NCBI GenBank assembly: GCA_002633005.1
Contig: NMRA01000001.1
Location: 3,207,695 to 3,271,694 of the forward strand
From: Phoronis australis
Lineage: Eukaryota > Animalia > Phoronida
DNA: 64,000 bases
Direction of reading: 5' to 3'
A program made the translations under genes and the position numbers. A model generated the notes under the pieces. The model did not search any database, was not told where the DNA came from, and was given only the letters and a program-made list of their open reading frames with translations. Of this stretch, positions 60,901 through 64,000 are shown piece by piece. Every line of letters starts with the position of its first letter. Within the stretch, counting starts at the first letter, position 1.

Positions 60901-63900
60901 AACTAATGGTTAGGCTCTGTTCACACACCCCACACAACTGACCAAAATATTGGCATATTTTGCAGATAAATGTTATGGGTAATTATTCCTAACATGACAG
61001 ATTGGATGCTTTTGTAAATCCTCGTGATAATCAGACTTCTATCAAAATTCTGAGATCTATCTCTTCATAAAAATTTCAGACCTGAACGCAGGGTGATGAG
61101 AGCATAAAAGCTTCATCTCACCAGGTAAATGTTGCACTGTAGGTATAGTGTTCCCCTATTGCTCATAACTCAAACTAATAGCAAAGTTAACTGCCATAAA
61201 ATTTCAATAATGCAACTATTGTGAATGCTTAATAACCCATTAAACACTATTGTTGCTGGTTAGAGCAGACATTAGCATTTAAAAAACATAAAACAATTGG
61301 GTAACTTCACCACAGGGGGTATTCACTGCTGGCATATTTCCTACTTACGTTTAACAATGACAACAACAAATCCCTCTACATTTTAATCTCTTTAAAATAA
61401 ATGATAATTAATCACCACTAAGTCAACCCAATCACAAAAGCTGGCAAATAAACTAGCATCTCCCTCTTGCCTGAATCCCTAACAAAAGCTTCTCTGGGGC
61501 ATAAGATTTGATAACAAGTCTAGCATTCAACTATAGTAACATGAGAGTAACAATACCTGTCCCTATATGAGCCTTTGCACCTCGGACACAGCAGGTGCAC
61601 TAAGTGCAGACAAAAAAATACACTAAAAAATGGGGCCGAAGTTATCAGAGAGGCGTAATTCATATTGAAGACGACTCTGACAGTGCGCCTGGTTACCTGG
61701 TTACTGTAATCACTAGATGGGACTGTTCCTACACCATTCAGTATTTATGTACACAGCAATGCAGACAAAATTTACTTTTTAACAAGAGACAGTCCAGATA
61801 TTGACTTAGGAGCATGACTGCACGACCATTAAGGACCATGTCACTGCATTCCGATGCTGGGTGTTTGAACAATGACACACACTACACACAGCTTATCAAT
61901 AAAACAAGATTAAATTCTCTTTATAAGTACTAACGTTATTGTCAAATAACATAAAAAATTAATGCAATTCAATCATATCAACATGATGCTCTCACAAACA
62001 TGATAGCCATTTTGATTCTATTTATTCCAGAAACAGACAGAGAGAAAAACAATTACATTTAAATGCTGAGACTTTGGTTGACCTAAGAGTGACGGGTAAT
62101 GAACAACTACCTTTTTATAGAATGAGCAGCTTAGATACAAACTGCCACTAAGCTTGAGCCCAACCACTAATTCAACACAAGGAGATCGTAACAAATACCA
62201 TTACCTATCCAAGAAGCACTGCTAACACCATTAGACTCACCTGAGACAACTCGTTAAAGCTATCATTAAGATCTTCTTCGTCCTCCCAAGGCAACCTGTT
62301 TTTACCACGGCCTGCGCTGTAGAATCTCCGTGAGGGTGTTCCTAGATTATCCAGTGGGGTTGAGCGTGCTGATGATGTGACTGACTCTAGCTCCATCGTG
62401 TCTGAGCGTATCGACCTGGCCGACCCCCCAGCAGTACCCGACACGGCCATAATCCACTCAATGTCGGCCCCTTGAGGGATGATGGCTGACGTGCGCTGAC
62501 TGCCCATTGATAATGTTATTGCATATTCCACTAAGCCGCTTGGATTCAGTTTTGCAAGCTGTCTCCGCGCCAATCTTGCCTGAACGGCTTGCATGACACC
62601 ATCACCCCCTTGACTCAGTTCAACAGCATCTACTGCCTGTACCAAAGGTTGCAGCCGACCAGGGCCCATTGCCTGAGCAAGAACAGCTAGGCACTCAAAG
62701 CAAGCATGTCGTACGGGACGTTTGGGGTCGACAAGTGAAAATGCAATTGTCTGACAGAGTGTTGCTTGGTCAAAATCATAGCTGGGAAATCTTAACAAGG
62801 ACGCGATGACAATATTGATTGTCTCCTGGCGGACACGGGAGTTCCGATGATTTAGGTTCTCACACAGCACTTCAAGAGTTTTGGTCACTGATACAGTCTG
62901 CATAAGCCTCATGGCAACTTTCATGATTGCTTGACGTACGACAATCTTATTGTCACCCATTCGTTTTGTTAAAGCCGAGATCAGAGGTTTAACATAACTT
63001 TTTGATTGTCCGCTTAGTTTATCAACCAGTAAGTCCAAAATGTCTAAAGTTACAGTTGTTATCTTAAAATTAGAGTCGTCTAATAAATTATTGATGAAAC
63101 TGATGAACGGAATCATGTGTGGGATGAGTTGAGAACTGTCCTCGATGTCTTCTACAATTCTTCGTAATTCCTCTACACCTTGAGAGCGAGTTCTAAAGTC
63201 CTCTTGATCGTGTAGCTGAGCCATAATATGACTAGGAATGATTCCAAACTCCAGCTTTCCATTACTCTGTCTTGGCTGGCTAGCTCTACCAGTGGGGGAA
63301 CCATAGTAGTTTTCTGGGACACTTGTGCCTGACGAAGTGTCATCTTTTTTGCGACTATTATTATTATATTCTGAAAGTGTTGAATCACTTTTGTCAGGCA
63401 ATTTATTTGTAAGTTGCAAATAAAATTTACGCAGAGCTGGTGACAACCTCTGAATGTAATCACTAAAGACTGTATCGGTAGCTATACCCCGGATTTTATC
63501 CAAAGCAACTAATGCTATCGACTGCAAATTATCTTCAGCCGAGTTGTCTAGCAACTTCTTTGCTAATGACTGCACAATGTCAAAAAAGTTTTCATTGGCA
63601 AACTCTGGCGTAAACAGCATTGGCAATGCAATAATGGTCTCTTTTCTAATCTTCTGTTCATCTCCTTCCAACCCATGTTTGACAATTGCTTTAAAAACAC
63701 GGCTGACGTCCTTGGCATGTTTCATGTAAACATGTAAAGTCTGAATGACTGCTCTCCGAATGGTGATCTTGCTATGACCAATATTGGGTACAAGTTTAGG
63801 TAGAACTATGGACATATAATCGTCTAATTCGATACCGAGTTGAGGAATGAGATCACTAATCAATTGTACGCATTTATGTCTAACATCCCAATTCGAGTCG

Positions 63901-64000
63901 GAAAGTGACAGCGCCAATCCATTGAATATTGCCGACTTATCCGAAAATGGTAAGCGGCCATTGTTTATTCGTGCCGTTGCTCGAAGACCTTCCAAGATCT
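30986..64000 (-). CDS. TOGARAM1: TOG array regulator of axonemal microtubules 1 (crescerin/FAM179B/CHE-12 family); start lies beyond the right edge
   Basis: Exons in transcript order with compatible phases: 62241->64000, 54660-54768, 53579-53734, 47902-48225, 47048-47289, 46073-46278, 45159-45293, 44216-44415, 41719-41826, 41027-41094, 40415-40709, 39903-39987, 39283-39408, 38898-39090, 37798-37946 (duplicate at 37330-37478), 36587-36745, 35434-35560, 32723-33007, 32215-32431, 31564-31650, 30986-31248. The architecture is TOG1-TOG2 (LDDSNFKI, MGDNKIVVRQ, HRNSRVRQE, AVQARLARRQL), a Ser-rich linker, TOG3 (DDWQQK, EVKNLRSQVSR, GESNSFIRDD) and TOG4 (NEWKERLD, LRDPNSKVN, LPLLWHLL). Confidence 0.93.
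37051..37985. repeat. 467-bp tandem duplication separated by a single N, containing TOGARAM1 exon 15 twice
   Basis: 37051-37517 and 37519-37985 are identical apart from two substitutions I could see (tatgCcacag/tatgAcacag and catcgAcag/catcgGcag). The N is at 37518. Confidence 0.95.
38378..38629 (+). mobile_element. hAT-like MITE family, copy 2 of 3
   Basis: Ends CGGGGCTGGAAT and ATTCCAAGCCCTG with the same AAAGAGGAAA internal repeats. Confidence 0.75.
38765..38880. repeat. Minisatellite, 6 x 19 bp
   Basis: Unit CWCACRGACCAYCACCATA repeated in tandem just past the exon 14 donor. Confidence 0.93.
48462..48620 (+). pseudogene. Degenerate THAP zinc-finger coding fragment (transposon relic)
   Basis: MQTKYYCCAVGCNSDKLDKYLWMPNVKFFAFP fits the THAP N-terminal signature (CCAxGC...FFxFP). 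The downstream W and CxxHF residues are not recoverable. Confidence 0.6.
48712..48941 (+). mobile_element. hAT-like MITE family, copy 3 of 3
   Basis: Begins CAGGGCTTGGAATGACCAA and has a degenerate right end; colinear with the other two copies. Confidence 0.75.
58323..58900. mobile_element. MITE-like element with subterminal inverted repeats
   Basis: TTGTCTAAGTTGAGATCGAAAT (about 58364) matches the reverse complement of ATTTTCGGTCTTAGCTTAGACAA (to 58885). Internal AAGACC/GGTCTT repeats; Harbinger-like left end GGGCCCATATCACGAAA. Confidence 0.5.
59794..60310. mobile_element. Possible Kolobok-type non-autonomous element
   Basis: TTAA|GGTTATG ... CATATCC|TTAA: TTAA flanks with short GG..CC inverted termini. 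Only 7 bp of TIR are visible. Confidence 0.4.
62241..64000 (-). CDS. TOGARAM1: Large 5' coding exon of TOGARAM1 (TOG1 and TOG2 HEAT arrays)
   Basis: Uninterrupted ORF of more than 580 codons with HEAT repeats, ending at the donor CAG|GTGAGT (62241/62240). Confidence 0.93.

Overview
Eukaryotic, not prokaryotic, genomic DNA: AT-rich, intron-dense and most likely from an invertebrate metazoan (the lineage is inferred). Nearly all short ORFs in the supplied track are exon fragments or noise. Reading splice sites and phases by hand gives three genes. (1) WDR64 on the minus strand, with ATG at 18773 and 19 coding exons, running off the left edge. (2) CGRRF1 (TM plus C3HC4 RING) on the plus strand, complete at 20784-28663 with 6 exons, head-to-head with WDR64. 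(3) TOGARAM1/FAM179B (crescerin) on the minus strand, entering from the right edge with a >1.7 kb exon and ending at 30986 after 21 exons, tail-to-tail with CGRRF1. An intron-containing tRNA-Arg(TCT) lies in WDR64 intron 1. The introns also hold TIR/MITE and foldback elements, tRNA-derived relics, a Penelope-like relic, a THAP-domain relic, minisatellites, and a 467-bp exon-containing duplication across an N that is probably an assembly artefact. I found no convincing new multi-gene system. The best lead is CGRRF1 intron 3, which carries minor-spliceosome (U12) signals with non-canonical termini plus a competing in-frame major-type donor.
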